Shown here one piece after another: positions 22,901 through 37,900 of a DNA stretch of 64,000 bases. Within the stretch, counting starts at the first letter, position 1. Every line of letters begins with the position of its first letter. The position numbers were made by a program, and so were the translations under genes. The stretch spans positions 1-64,000 of the forward strand of contig KZ538817.1 in NCBI GenBank assembly GCA_000934665.2, in the 5' to 3' direction. The notes beneath the pieces were generated by a model. The model was not told where the DNA came from. It was given only the letters and a program-made list of their open reading frames with translations, and did no database searches. This stretch comes from Catajapyx aquilonaris (taxonomy: Eukaryota).

Positions 22901-25900
22901 CCACACTGACAGTGCTTGTATACAGCATACACACGCATACACATGGTTCTTACAAGTTAGTTTTAATATTTTTGATGGACCCGCGCACATTTTTTTGTGT
23001 ATTTCCGGGCGGCTACTGACTTGCAGGTCGGATACTGTCGTTTCGAGCACCAGCATGTCTGTGCGATGCCATTGCCCTAATTTTCAAAGGAGGGTTTGAA
23101 AGTTCCCAGTGGTATCAGGCAACGAACTTCGCGGTCCTCACCCAAGTTTCTACAGCTCCCGAAACTATCAAAAGACTTAGAACTGTTACAGTTGCCGCAC
23201 TCCTAAACAATGAGCATCGAGTATTATACAGTATTGGGTATTTTTATTTGGTGCGATACACGATATTGCTCGAGGAAAAGACATGCGACTTGACTGGTGT
23301 AAACTTGATGAGCATGGATAAATATAAGTGTGATTAAGGTCTGAGGCCGGGGATTTAAATTCATACCGTATATCACAAGACATCGTGACAGCAGTTTAAA
23401 ATCAAGAGACGGTTATTACCGCATGAGACGGGTAGGCCTCTAATTAATTACATCGTTAATGATATACAGTATTTATCTCGTTTCATACCAGTTTCATACC
23501 CTCTATTCATACCTCATTTCATCGTATACCAGGATTCGCCAGTTATTCAAACTGGGAAGTAAGGGGAGGAAGGGGACCTTTAATTCTTCTTATACGCCCA
23601 TAGCTGTTTGTGTAGCCAGGAAACGGTGAGCCTCCAATTTCACTGATCGATACACTAGCAAATTAACCTAATTACATTTACTTCAATTGAGTTCGATCCT
23701 GTATCTTTTCCCATGCCACGCCGCATATCCCACACCTGTACAGGGTGTTTCATAACGAGCCACACAAACTTCTACTGGATGAAGTCCTGGCCACCAGATG
23801 ATCACTTTATTAAGATTTCATTTGGCCTTCCCTGCTTCGTTACTTGTGAGATAATTAGTATTAATAAAGGAGTGATGTCTCCTAATTGGTGAATATCCCA
23901 ACCCATTACCATAGTGGATAGGGCCGTCCGACTGCTAATCGGGAGGTCCTGGGTTCGAATCCCGGGGCCGGCAACCCTGACCGTGGTTTTCTGTGGTTTT
24001 CCACTGTCTTTCGAGGATAATTCCGGGGTCGCTTCCGTATAATAGGCCACAGCCGCTTCCTTCCTTCCCTATCCTTGGAGGTTGAAAGGCAATGCTGGGC
24101 CAACCTCCTTAATATCAATAATTATTTTTTTTAAACCATTACCAACCATGCATGATATTTCGTATCATTCACATGGACATGTCGTCAACACTTGATTTCC
24201 GTTTCACGTCGTACTGAGGTCTCACAGCCAAAAACTGTGTCAGAGAATGTCGGGATTATACCAAATGCGTCGAGGAATCGCACCACATGGCCATAATGGA
24301 ACAGTTATACTGACCGCCCTGCATGCATGGGCATCCTACAAACATGCTGCCTGCGTGTACGTAAACAGGAGCGTATAGTGTTTACGGCCACAGCCATCCC
24401 ATCACCTCTGCAGGATTCCAGGGGTTCTGTCTCCGGTCATGCGGCGGACTTTTTGATGTGGCAAGAGTTTCGAGGGGCTACTCTCCGGGGTGTGTGGGTT
24501 TTCATCTGATTCTCCCCTGCAGGCCAAAACATATTCTTCTGTCCAACTCATATTAAGTGTGATATTGTCACATTCCAGCTTGTCTTGAAAATGTTTGGCA
24601 ATATTATTCCACAAAATTTTAGCCATATGATATCCCATACCAGTTTGCTTTACGATAGCTACAGATACTAATTTAAGTGTCTGGCTCCCCTGTATAATGT
24701 CACCCACCCTTGCGCATGCCAAACGCCATCCTCTTAGCATCACCTTACCAAGCGCCTAGTATCCTGCTAATTATGCAACCAATTAGCACTCCCAATCCTC
24801 CAGATCGATCATCCCCGGATAAAGAAACGAGGGCATCGCACTGAATAAGAAGAAGAAAAAAATACGGAGCTAAGTTTGGGTACTCCTTGGCAACACATGA
24901 TGATCGTCATCCCCAAACTCTCCCAAAATTCCCCCCGGGGCCCAGCACGAAGCACCCCTGCCTCTGACGTGCCCCGTTAATTGGCTGGAGTAACCCTCTC
25001 CTCCTTCCCCCTACCTTTTCTTCAGTTGTTCGCCTGGCTGCCACAACCTCTTATTGTAACAACTCCCTCTCCCAGCAGCACCCTCCAGCTCCTTCTGTTT
25101 CCGAACTTAGAAAGCGGCCACGTCATAATAATTGGAAGCGGCCGTCTAGCTAGCTAGCTAGCTCTAGCTCCCCAGCAATTTTAATGCCGGGAGAGTTTCC
25201 CCGGGCAGTCCGGCAGGGGAAGCTGCGACATATCGAGATGCGAGCTTCAGGGCTCAATTAGCCCCGTGGCAAGCCTTCATTAAGGCGGCGCCTTGAAGAG
25301 CGGCCGCGCCGCCGGTGCCTGATTATGAGCCCAGGTGGGTGACGGCTGAGACAGGCGCGGGGCGGCTAACTGGATTAACCCCTTCCCTGTCAGGACCGGG
25401 TGGCAAGAACTGCCGCGCTAATGCCTTCCCAGCGACGATCTCATTAGCCTAAGCTCTTCTTCTGCTGAATATTTTACAATCGACGCACCCCCTCCATCCC
25501 GCCTCCCTGCCTCCCTACCGCCCCCCAGCCCCACCCTCGAAAAGTTGCTAATTGTTTTATAATATTAGGCGGCCCCAGGCACCGCCTTCTTGCTTGTTTG
25601 GCGCCCTTCGAGGGAGCCTGGCGAAAGGTGCAAGAGTGTGGCGGCTTGCAATCTCGTGTAATCGCTTATGATTAGAGATATGGCCCAAGGGCGCCTTGCT
25701 TACCTTCCGTCCATCCTGATGGGTGGGGATGGTGAAGAAGAGAGAGATTCTAATTGCGAGCGTGCTTTATGTCTCGAATTATGCAAATGGGGTGTCGTTC
25801 TGCTGGGTAAAAGGTGGGATGCGCGGCTGGACCCAGGGAAAGAAGATATGCGGTGTCGAACAAATCAAGTGATTGCGGCATCCAACTCGGCGGCCAATTA

Positions 25901-28900
25901 TTCCGGGAATGGGTGCGAACTTGGCCCGGATCCCACTGCTGCCTCGAACGGGAAATTGCCTTCCCGTGATTGCCAGCAATCACATCCGAGGGGAATTTTT
26001 GACCCGTGTTTCCCGCCCACGGGCCACGTCCGATGTGGGTTCCAAAGTGGTCGCCAGGGCGGCGTTCAAAGGTCGCTTTTTCGAAAATTGTTAGAAAATG
26101 AATGGACAAATTCGTGTAATTTGGAACAGAAGAAGTTATGCGCATTGTTTGCGCCAACGACCAGATTATATCAGGAATTTGTCGTGATTGTTTATCAGTT
26201 CTCTTTAAGCTAGTTGCTGGAAAGAACAATTCACATTCTTGAATTGCTGCGTACTTGGACTGTTCAGTACAAGCTGTAGGTAGGATGTTGGTGAAAGTGA
26301 ACACTTGTGTCACCTTTGGATGATCCTGCTTGAGAAAATGCAGAGACGTAACGACTTTTTCTTAGTAAATTCACTGCCTTATTAAAACTTTTTTTAAATT
26401 AGTCAAACAACTAAATGAATTCGGGATATTTGACTTCTGAGAAGTCAAAGCTGCAGTTCATCGCTGACTATACCCGTTAAAGGAAAATGTCGTGATGGTG
26501 TTGTTGTTGTTGTTGTTGTTGTTGTAAACCTGCATTTCTAAAAAAAATAATACAATTATTCTTTTAGATCAGTGAGGTTTTTTGGGGAAAAAATCATTTT
26601 CAATAATTTTATGAGGCAGCATACAGCAAGTTGTTTGCGTGGTTTCCTAACTGATCTGGATTTAAAGCTCATTTTTTTGTCTCGTGCTTCTATACCAGAA
26701 TAAATGTTTCCAAGAATTGATTACCTTCTCTGGACAGACCACATTTTTCTCCAATCTCTGTTTTTTGGCGTTCAAATGTTTCTCCATCACAACCGTCCAA
26801 AAGAAAAACTGTATCCGCAAGAACGTTCTCCATCATTATACTATAGTAATCCACCAATATGTCATTAATAGTAGCTTTAAAATGCAGAATGACGACATTG
26901 AGTCGTACAAATATGCATAAAATGATACCATTATATAAAGTGATCTCAGGAGTTCCTCCAAGAAGTTTCCCGGTCTTATCACGAATCACTCGCAGTATAC
27001 AACTCCAGTTCTACCAAACTGTGGACCAGATCGTAGTGGCCACCAGTGTGACACAGTATACGCCCAGCTCCGCCCAGTGTCCAAAAGTGGGCAGCAGGGA
27101 GTCTGAGCAAGGCTTGAGAAGTGTCCCTGATTTCTCTACAATCAGTGAAAGCCGCGTTTTTCACTCCGCTTTAATGAGCTGGTAACTGCAGAAACTAAAG
27201 CCCTGTCGTAGGGTGGCAAGTTCCTGGCCCGTATGACCACAGCTCAGGAATAAAGTTGGTCTGGCCAAAGTGTGCCCATATCCCGCGGGGGCCTGACACG
27301 AGACGCCCGTTCCCCGCAAAAGAGTAGAACCCTAGCAGTACCAGTGAGAGGTGGAGGAGGGAAAGGGGGGACCCCCCTCTTTCCTTTTCACTACTCTTCT
27401 TGCGGCTGGCCGCAGGGTGGTCGCCAGAGAGAGTAGGCTTCCTTGGCCAAAGCCACATCTGGACCCGGGCTGCAAGTTGGCATGTCACGAGCTTGGCTGC
27501 CCGATTGAAAAGCCGTGTTCTGAGGGTGGGGTCCCAGGCACCTCATACCAAATTCTGAGGTCCTCCAGAGGGAGCCACCTCCTCTCAGGGATGCGCCTCG
27601 AGGGGGTCGGAAAATGCACCCAAAGAGTGAGAAAGTCTTTGCCTATATGTATTATTTGAAGAATGCAAGTACCGAGAACTCTGGGGGGTTTACTTTTGGT
27701 CTATAGAGTTTGGTTAGGCTGACGTAGAGTATGGGTCTGAACCGGTGGAGGGGGATGTCGAGGAGAGGAGTGAAGGGGCCAAAGAGGCTTCATGTCCGAG
27801 TTGCATGAATGCTTCACTATAGGTACTCTTCTGTATGCCCTCCCTTCGATATCGATCTCAGTTCAAGTTCATCTGGGCGTTTATGTTTGCCTGGGAATAG
27901 GGGACGGAGGGAGCAGCTTGAAAATATACCATGTCTTCGTCTGAATGGAGACATTTCGCGCACACACCTGGTAATACCGGACATTAATCAGTATGGAAAA
28001 ATTGCAGGTATTCCAAGATGAGTTTTTTTCCGGCCATCGACCAATTGGCCTTTGGTGGAGCGAGCGAGAGGAGTGAGGGAGTGAGTTTCACGGAGACTTG
28101 GGCAGCGGGGGGAAGGGAAAGGACCTGTGGGCAATCAACAGGTTTTTTCCGCCCAAGTGGCAGCCAGTGTGGTGTACCATGTGCTCCGCGCCTCTGATAC
28201 TTCCCCTGGACCACCCCCCTCTATACCCACAGGCATGCGCGCCTCAAGCTGGCCACATCATGGATTGATTTGAAGGATTTTTACCCCGATTTTTGCTCGA
28301 ATCTTTGCATGGCCAGACTGTACAGGGCAGATTTCTGGGAGTAATTTTCAGTGGGGGACCGACAAAAAAATTCTTGATTCCCTAGTTTCGATCTGGCTGG
28401 TGGCCGGGCGGGGCGGCGTCCATCGCGCCCTGGCCTGGCGGAAGGCTTAATAAATCATAATCCCCGGACGGCGTCGAGGGATAGCGTTTCCGCCAGCGGC
28501 CCCCGTCGGACTCGGGACGCCGACGCACGTCAAAAATTTTTGCTGTAATTTCTCCCCTCTCGAGGGAACTCATTTTACTGCAACTAATGGCGGCTTGCGT
28601 TATCAATTCCAATTCCACCCTGTCCCCGGAGACCTAGGGGGGGAAAAGGCAGGAACCAACGTATTATTGTGTAAGGGGGCGGAAGTTTTGGGAGGTGGGA
28701 GGAGGAGGGAGGGAGCCCTGTGTATATATGGAGAAATGGTGGTGGTCCCCTAGAGCTGTTGGCCTGAAACCTAGCCATGGTCTGTTGGGAAAATGGTTTT
28801 CGCGTGCCTGGCCTGTGTGTGTGTGTGTGTATTCTTGCCACCGACGGCGCATTTTGATCTGGCTTCTGATTGCTGGGGAAAAACTGGGGAGAAAATTGCA

Positions 28901-31900
28901 TCGTTGGTCATTAAGGTGTTGGAGTTGTCTTCAAAAGTCGAAAATTACGAGTTAACCAGCGTTTTAGACGTAAAATGTGGCTATAAAAGTAAAAATAGCG
29001 TTTAACTTGTAAAATCGCTCCTGGAGTGGAGCCGTTAACGGTCAATTTTTTAAAAAAAAGAGGCACACGTAATATTGACTGCAGCTTCACATTGCGGTTG
29101 TACAGAATGCATTGCAGTGAGGTGTCTGCGAAGCTACTTTGGGAATAAATAAATTAATGGCCGACTCAAGAGTGGTGGGGTATGAGTAATTTACAAGTGC
29201 CACACGACCAGGGTTCCTGGTGAATCTACTTTGTGCGCGCGCCGCACAATACTAATTTCTCCGCAGTGGACACGGGGGCGGGAAATAATCAAGTCAGCCA
29301 AAAAGGTGGCACCACATTTTGAATGATTAATGCCGGCGGTTCATTTAGAAAGTGGTCCCTCACCCGAATATTGCCTGAGAGTCCCATCCAAGGTGTACGC
29401 TATACGCGATATGAAAAAGAAATCGCTTTTTTCCGCCCCTCATCCCCCACCTATATAATAAGGGACAGGTAATACCCGAAATTGAACGGGCCTCCTGCAA
29501 GCCTGTAAATGACTTGGGTTACACGAGCACTCGAGTATCATTATTTGTCTCTCTGGTGAGCCGTTCTTGTTTAAACTGCCTAGTCGCAAGCCCTTCCCCA
29601 GTAAACTTGGAACCCAAGGAAGTTTGGGGGTGGGTGGCACTTGCAAGATTTATACCCAGAGGAAGACAGAGTAGGCCAGGCTGTGCGAGGACAAGTCATT
29701 GGCCTAATCCGTGATGTATTCCTGAGTGTGCAGGGCGGGTACCTCGGCGAAACGTATGGTCTCCCGCGAACATCATTGTAGATCATTCTGCGAGCTCCCA
29801 GGACAACACTACATTATTCTTGAGACATATTCGAGACAGTTTAATTAAAGCTAGGCAAAGATTAGGAGGAGACTTTCCTGCTCGACTCCATCTTGGGCCC
29901 ATAGCCCCCTCTCTTCTCTCTCTTCTCTCTCTCTCTCTCTCTCTCTCACCCTACACGGTGCGCGGTTATCTTAACTTACAACTGATCCGGGAAAACTTCA
30001 CAAAACTCGCATTTTGAGTTCCTTCTTTTTCCTTCTCCTTCCAGGTGGGGAATGGGACTCGGAATGCGCGGGGAAAAACGACGAGGCGGCGGAAGATGAA
30101 GTCACTTGTCCCGCGGCCAACAACTTGGGCATTAAAGGTAAAGGTTAGGGCGGGCATTAGCTTAATTCTTTTCTCTCGCCTTGGGAATCTTGCTCTGGCT
30201 GCTTCCCCGCGCATTAACCTTTTCCTTGGGCCGGAATGATACTGCAAATTGAAATGCAGGTTGCCGGAAATGCCCCCGGGTTTCTTGAAACTTATTTCGT
30301 TTGTAGGACAAGAGATTTTGGATGGTGAGCCGTGATGTTGAACAAGAGCGTTACAGACACCCTGTAGACTTGGTATTTGAGGGGCGTATGGAAATCGGGG
30401 TCTGGAGCGACTGAACTGGTTTTCTGATATTGAGGGAAGGCTCTCTCTCTCTCTCTCATTCGGCTTATATGCATTGTGATAGACTGCAAATGTGCTGTAC
30501 TGTGGAACTGAGCCGACGTCTTATATAGAGCTGGGGAAAGAAGCATGGGGTGAAGGAGCTGGGAAATTTAATCAATAATTCTCAAAAGGCCTTTAAGGGT
30601 CAGGCGTCATGTCGAAAGTGACTTTACAGCGGTTCAACTTCCACTAAAGTGTTCTTCAAAGAATTGTAATTTCAAACACGTTTTTTTTTCTTATTTCCTC
30701 TTCTCTTACGCAGTTCTAGCAAAGCGAGTGGAGGTTCTTTTTAGGCGTAATAGTCTGCGAAGAGAGACCTGTTCGCTTGTAAAGGCCTATAAGGAAATTT
30801 CCATCGTAATATATTTTTTAGACATGTGAACCTAAATGAGAAAATGTTTTCAGCCAGAAGATTGGTAATTTTTAGATTTCAAATCTTAACCCGAAATATT
30901 TCCAAGCTCTGAGAAGATTATAAAATAAAAAGGCTTTCCATATTTTAGTACATCTTGTACTAAAATGGAGATAACTTCTAAAAAAACTGAAGCGCGATTT
31001 GTGTCAGGGTATGTCTTGTGGCCTATTTCCCACAAACGTCCTAATATTTAAATTGTGTAATTGGTTTGGGTTTGAATTGGAGTCAAGATAGGGTGAATCT
31101 GTTCAACCTCTACAGTGAGGGGAAATTTACATTTTGCACCGAATTAATGCAAATACTTTTATAATCCTTGCCATACGTATAATCTTTTGAAATACTCGGA
31201 TTTAATTTCACTGTATAAGTAAATCCCGAACCTTTATATCGGCTGAGGCGAATAACTGTACACATACATTGCCTGGCTTCTGGTCAATAACCTACACAGT
31301 CAAAATCAGTACCCGAATCCTAGTTGATTATATGCTTTCGGTTATATTTCATTCACAATACTGAAATGGCCATCCTTAGCTTTCCCTGCCAGTATAAACG
31401 GCGGTATTTGACGCACGTAGTAGGGCCAATCCGGCGGTCGACCACAGGTGATGAGCACTGACCAAAACCAGGGCGCACGAGAGGACCGCAGTGTCAGGCA
31501 GGCTACAAGTGAGATGGACACGCCGATCCATCCGAGTGGACAGGGCCGAGACAAATTGGGGTCCGAGCTGACGGGCCAGGGTGACAAATATCTTTTGTGC
31601 TTTGGCACGGTGTCAGCTTTTCATTTGCCTAGGAGGCGCTCGCCTCCTTTGGGCCGGGCTTCCTGATGGGGGCCTTGGGACCCACGAGCCTCCTCCCTGG
31701 AAGAAACTGGCCTAAAGATGATAAATGCTGGCACGCTGCATAAGTTGGATGCTGTCTCAACCTGTGATATGTGGACAGGAAAAGAGACGCTTCCTTTTTT
31801 CCCAATGCATTATTCAAGCAGTCCAATGGTCATTGTCGTTAGGCTCTCCATGCATGCATGCACCGTGATGCCTACTGTACATGGCAGCTTGCACTAATGG

Positions 31901-34900
31901 AGTTGAGGAGCGCTTCTCGGCAGAAAGGGCTTATAAGCTACCCGTGTGTATATAGACAGGGCATAAAATAGGCCCGATTGTGGCTGCGCTGTCACAACCG
32001 GTGCGAAATCTGTCCGGGTGGGTGAGCACGTGAAAGACGGATAAAGAGGCCCGAGCACCTTCCCTGGCAGAGAGAGAGGCTTCACTTTCGTTGCAACAAG
32101 CCTAATAATTCGTTTAAGCGTCATTTAGGTCGGCATGCCCCGTTGCGTTGAGGTGACGTGGAATCATTTCGGGGTCGGAGGTGCGGCAGTTTGTGGGGGA
32201 AGGATTGCGAGGGCTGTCGCCAGTGTTTGTTTCGCGCTCAAATTACTCCCAGGGTTTGTTATTAAGCATTGAGAAAAGAGGGGGGGTTTTAAATAATTTG
32301 TGCACATGGCAAGTGAAGGCAAACTCTGAGCCGACGTTGGTTATTCTCCCAAGTTTTGCTCCGCTCTCCTTCACACGCCTCTCTAAAACGTCATATTAAG
32401 GCAGAAAATCCGTGGAACATTCAGTCACGCCTTATTTAGTCTAATCGACGTTCCTCAGCCTGCTTCTATTTCCCTGCCAGGTGGACCTGAAGCAATATCG
32501 GGCCAAACTTGGTAATTTCGGCCGGAGCTGATAATTAGAATGTAGCGCCGGAGAGACAGGCACAGAATTCATCTTATTATTTTCGAACTGTCTGGCAGCG
32601 TAAGGGTAACTCTTCCAGACTGTTGCAAACTCGCTCTTTCCTCCATTTTCCCCTTTCCCTTTCCCTTTCCCTCCCCCACCCACCTTCCCTTCCCACCAGC
32701 CCTTTTCTTCTGGTACGACTCATTTGCATTGCAAAAAGGCGGCGTGCCGGCGGACGCATCACGTTTCATTATTTTGTAACCGAATGCAACGCAGTTTGTT
32801 AAAACACCTTAAAACTGTAAGCCTCGCAATACATTAAAACATAGCTAAAACTGCCGGGGAAAGTCAATACAAACCACTTTTCAGGGTGTCCCTGGAGGCC
32901 GTCGCTTCGGCTTTCAGCCCATATGCTCTGGGAGTGCGAAGATGCGCTAAGCTCGCTCCCTAGTGGCCTTCACCGGAGCAGATGAGTTCGTAGGTTGCAT
33001 TTCACTTAAAATTTCCCCCGTCTCTACCCATGGGCCCGGATAGACTTGTTATAGGAAGCTATGTAGCTGCTGAAGGAAAGTGCGGCAGGCAGAGGGCGAG
33101 ATGGGTGGGACTCTGCCTTGGGAGACGAAAAAACAACAACCAGGTAGCAGATTATTGAACTGACCATACAGGTTTTCTGCTAAATGCATGTAATATCATT
33201 TATCATCCATCTTATAAACATTTCGAAATATATTAATATATATTACATATGGTACATGTTAATATACATGCAAATATATATACATGCATATATATAATAT
33301 ACATGCAAATATTGCAATTATTTGCATATCTTACTAATAAATTCAATTACATCATAATCACACCTAGACGCATATATTACAGTAATTAAGTTTAATTTGA
33401 ATATGATATCCATATATTAATATCTATTTATATGGGGTGCTTTTAAATAATTTGATAATAGGGGTAAGTTAGTAGCCCCTGGCTAATATCATTTTGATGG
33501 GGGGGGGGGGGGGANGGGGGATAGTGCGCACAAATATTTCCGCCTCTGTGCCCATGGGCCTGGGATAAGGGATAACGTTGTGCAGGCAAAGGAGGTGAGG
33601 GGAGGGGGGCAAAAAAGGGTGGCAAGGCAAACAGCCCTTTTTTGTGGGTTTCTCACCGCTTTGACGGTAAACAAATTTGCATCGACTGGACTCAATATTT
33701 CATCAAGAGCGGCCGCTTAGCTGTGATGGAGAATTGATCACCTCCAGAATGACTAGAATGGCGAATTCTTTTGAAAAGAGGTGCAACAGGCTATGGGCGG
33801 GATTGGGGCATCGAGCTGATTTCCTGTTAACACGAAATTGAAAAAAGAAAAGAAAAGAACAAAACAAAACAAAAAAGGAGGAAGGATACATATAGGCTCA
33901 TTTTTTTGTCCTTGTTGCCTTGGACGTTTTGAATGATCTACGTGGTCTGCTTTGTATGCAGTATATATAGGGGGTTGTATGCCCTTGAGGGTAATAAATT
34001 ACTCACATAATCAGGCGACAAATAACTTACTGCAGATGCACCAGTATAGCAAAACCTCCACTATGCAAAGTGAAGGACTGTAAAAGTGGGGTTTAACAAT
34101 TAGGGCAAAAAAGAGGTCTGCTATCTGAGCACAATTCAAGATTCAGAAATCTTAATACAAGTCTCGAATATCAAGGCAAAATTTTTTCCTTAAGTCAGTC
34201 CGATTTCTATATATCGAACAAAATCGATCGATACGATTATTGAGTTTAGATATTAGGTTACAATATTTCCGTTTAGGACATGCTGTACAGGATGAGATTC
34301 GATATTAATACAATATTTTCATACGGAAATCATTATTATGTTTACTTACTTATTGCCCTGCATTTTACGTTACATTTTATGAAAAATATGGCAATCGTTA
34401 CATCATCCAGCCTTCGTTTAGCCGAGGGACTTACTCCGCGTTGGATCTACCTTTTTTTTCATCCCCTTGCAATATTGCATTACATCCACAATGACACGTT
34501 CCGCCTAGTCCTGGTCACAACTCAAGTCTGCCTTATAATTACCCCCATTTAGTCCTCGGGCCAAGCCCGTCGCTGTTGACCAGTGGCTTGGCCGGACACT
34601 CCAGCCTCATTGTCGACTCCCAATAGCCCGTGATCAATGGTCCTCTCACTTTACAAATGAAGCTTCCAGGCAGGCTGGGCAGTAGGCTAGCGGCAGTTGC
34701 GCGTCTCCCTGCAAATAGACTAATTAGTCTTGTGGCGGCGCAGTTGATGGGGGCGCTCCGACGGAGAAGAAGGAAGAGGCTGACCGCTTGCAAACAGCTA
34801 GTGTAGTTGGACCAGCGTCTCTGGCCTGCCCTCTCCGACCCCTTTTTCTTGCGGTGGCCCCCGTCACTGACTATAGAGCAAGCAAAGGTGCTGCAGTGGA

Positions 34901-37900
34901 GATGAAAGGCTGTGTCTCAGCCACCGGCTCAAATTGTCTGGTAGCTACTCCGCGACTAGCAGCATAACATGTGGTGCTGACAGCGGAGAGAAAAGCGCGG
35001 GCTTGGTGGAAACCGAAAAAGTTGGAGGCTTGTCTGAAGCAAAAGGGAATTTGCGTTCTCTAGACTTTTTTAAAAAAAAATCCAGAGAGAGAAATTTTTT
35101 AGGCTGTGGTCCATTAGAAATGATTGCAGTTTTTTCGAATGAAAGTTTCTCCAGCATGGATGTTAATGTTTATTCGCAATTATTTGTACGGATACTGCTT
35201 TTTTTTAGATGGGTGAAAGAAGGGTTGCTCCTGCCGCTTAGACCACACGCATCTCAACCCGGACTTACAGGTTTCATTCCTGGCCAGGATAAATGAAGCC
35301 AGCCACGCCTTACCTAATTACACCCCCTAAAACTCTAAGAACCCTTCTTTCACCCATCTAATTTACCATGTCCACTCGCACCCCGCCAGTAGTGAACAAA
35401 GAAATAATTGTCGCCCTCTGTGTGGTCGGTATGCATAACGTCCTTATAACTCCAGCATAACCTTTTACGGGCTCATCCTTTAGTGTGGGAGGACCAGGCT
35501 GGACCTGACTTTTGGGGGGTGGAAATTGGTCTCTCAAGTACACCATCCCACCTTAGTAACCCAGCAGCGTCTTGGTGTCAGTGGGGGCCAGTAGTGTGCC
35601 TGCCTGCCTGCCCCTCTCTCTCTCCCCCCTTTTGAAAGGCCATACAAATTAGTCCGTGGGTTTGGCATCAAAGCAGGAGATCACTTGAGGCTCCCACAAT
35701 GAAGCCATCAAGTGCGCAGTGGGGATGGGAGGAGGATGCGGAGGACCATGGGCCCGAACCGGCGCTGCTCTGCGGGCGATCCGTCAAGGGGCCAGCCCTT
35801 CTAGGAGAGTCGGAGGGAGGGCCCATCCTGCCCGGCTCATAATGAACCGGGCCCCTCCTTTTCAACGGCCCCCCTGCCTGCCTCCATACACCAGGCCCAT
35901 AAGGGGAATGATAACTTTATTCTGGGTGTGCACGGACCAGAATGGGTTGCTGGAGGAGGAGGAAGAAGCACGTCACGAAGGCTAGTGCTGCAAGCGCAGC
36001 TGGAGATTTCAAGGAGTTTCTTTTTTTTTAAATGTCTCTCGATGTGCGTGTGCAGATATAACCGGGGGGAGCGTTATGTTGTTGCACAGTAGGTCCCTTT
36101 CACGCGATTAATGGGATGGAGGAGTCTACCCTTGAAGCAGGAGATGGGGAGGTTAACACTTGGGAATGTGATGACACAATAAGTGTGGTAGGACCAGTTG
36201 GGGACGTGGACTTACCGGTAGGGGTCAGCAGAATAATTAAGTTACAATGACCGTATGGTGATGCGAATTACTGGAAATGTACGTAGATAATAAATACAGT
36301 AAATGAATTGTATTGAAGATGCAGTACACTGTGCAGTTTATTCGATTCAACTGGACCGAGCAAGTGCGAATGTTAAAAAAAAAAAACTTTTGACAAAATA
36401 ATCTGCACCAGCCCAGCATCAGACAGCATCATTTTCTCATGGCTAGTTTCACTGACACGTGCCAATAAACCCTTCATCATGACAGTCTCCCGCATTTTGG
36501 GGCCTGCCTTGTTTCTGACTGAATTCCACATTTCCATGTTGTGTCAAATTGAACTTTGGAATCCGTCCGGGGGAACATGCAAAAAAATTCTGGCATGATG
36601 AAATGAGTCCGACAACTCTCCGCATGGAAGCTCGTATTACAAGTGAGCTGGTGACAATAGGACACGTACCACACCCAGGATTTTCAACATCAAGTTTGAT
36701 AACTTTATACTGTAAAGATAGTCTGCACACCTGGGGAGCCTGGAATGGAAGGGGCTTTGATGTGAGTGTATGTGTGTGTGTGTGTGTGGATGGCAGTGGG
36801 TGGTGATCTCCCACCGGTCCGTAACCCCCTGCTGCTGAGAACTTAATTCACGCGGGCCGGACGGAGATCGGGAGGGGGTCCAGAGACACGGCGGGGGGCA
36901 CGGCCGCCAAGCCCTTCCCAGGGGGCCGCCGTGGTTCCGATGGACACCCCGGGAGGTCTCAGACATGCTGGGCACGAGGGACGGTACCGGTGGAGAGAGA
37001 GAGAGAGAGGGGATGAGGGGGTATGCTGCAGCAACAGAAACATTTCTTCTCCCGACAACTCCTGGCTGGATGCCAAAAACAGGCACTGCCATTGGCTGAT
37101 TTGGGTCATGTGACCTGGATTAGGGTATTCCCCAACCTGCCGGACTAGATCATAGGAATACAAGGCAGATAAGGGAAGTTTTGGTATATTTGGGCGAAGG
37201 AAAAGATCTATCTGCGCGAAAACCCTTAGGCCGACTTCTTCCTCACCTCCCCCCCTTCCAAAAGGGACTTGGAAATCACAAAGATCGCGATTGTTTTTGC
37301 TAACGATCGCGCCCCAGCGCCAAGCAGCCTCGTGCCATAAAGCCGGCGAGTAAACGGGATAATCAATGTAATTAATGGAGACATTCCGTTATCCTATTGA
37401 ACCCCAAATGGGAGAGGAAGGGCGGAACTCCACTTCTTGGGGTCCGGGCCTCGATTGCTTTACGGCACGGCAGTTTCCCGTACTTTCGGGAGCTCCGTCG
37501 CCAGATTTTTGATGAAGCTCTTGGGAACTGGCTGGAAGGGGGAAGGAGGAGAGGGGAGAGGGGAGGATAGAGAAACGGCGGCTCTTGCAAGGACCCAGTA
37601 GGCCAATTCGGGACGGCGTCAAATTCCAGCCAACTCGATGAGAAAAGGCCGGCAAATTGTGGCCAGAGCCCAACACGTTGTAGCCTCATATTGCCCAGGC
37701 CAAGACGCCCGGATTTGGAAATGAATATTTGAGCTGACCCCCGGGGTTAGAGGCCAAGGAGGCTGAGGGCCGCGGCCATCCTTCATCTCAGCTGCTTGGA
37801 TTCATTTTCGCCATACCTTGCACCAGCAGGATATCTCACTGGGACAGGTACAAATAAGGCCGGTCTGTAACGCTGCATAATTTTTGAGTCCCTAATCCGT

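Noticed and set aside
23909..23975. Possible tRNA-Ser(GCT) gene
   Set aside because: No acceptor stem or long variable arm, and it continues into a SINE body.
25668..26313. Overlapping 181-aa (+) and 187-aa (-) ORFs
   Set aside because: No recognisable domain or convincing splice signals; consistent with chance ORFs in GC-rich intronic DNA.
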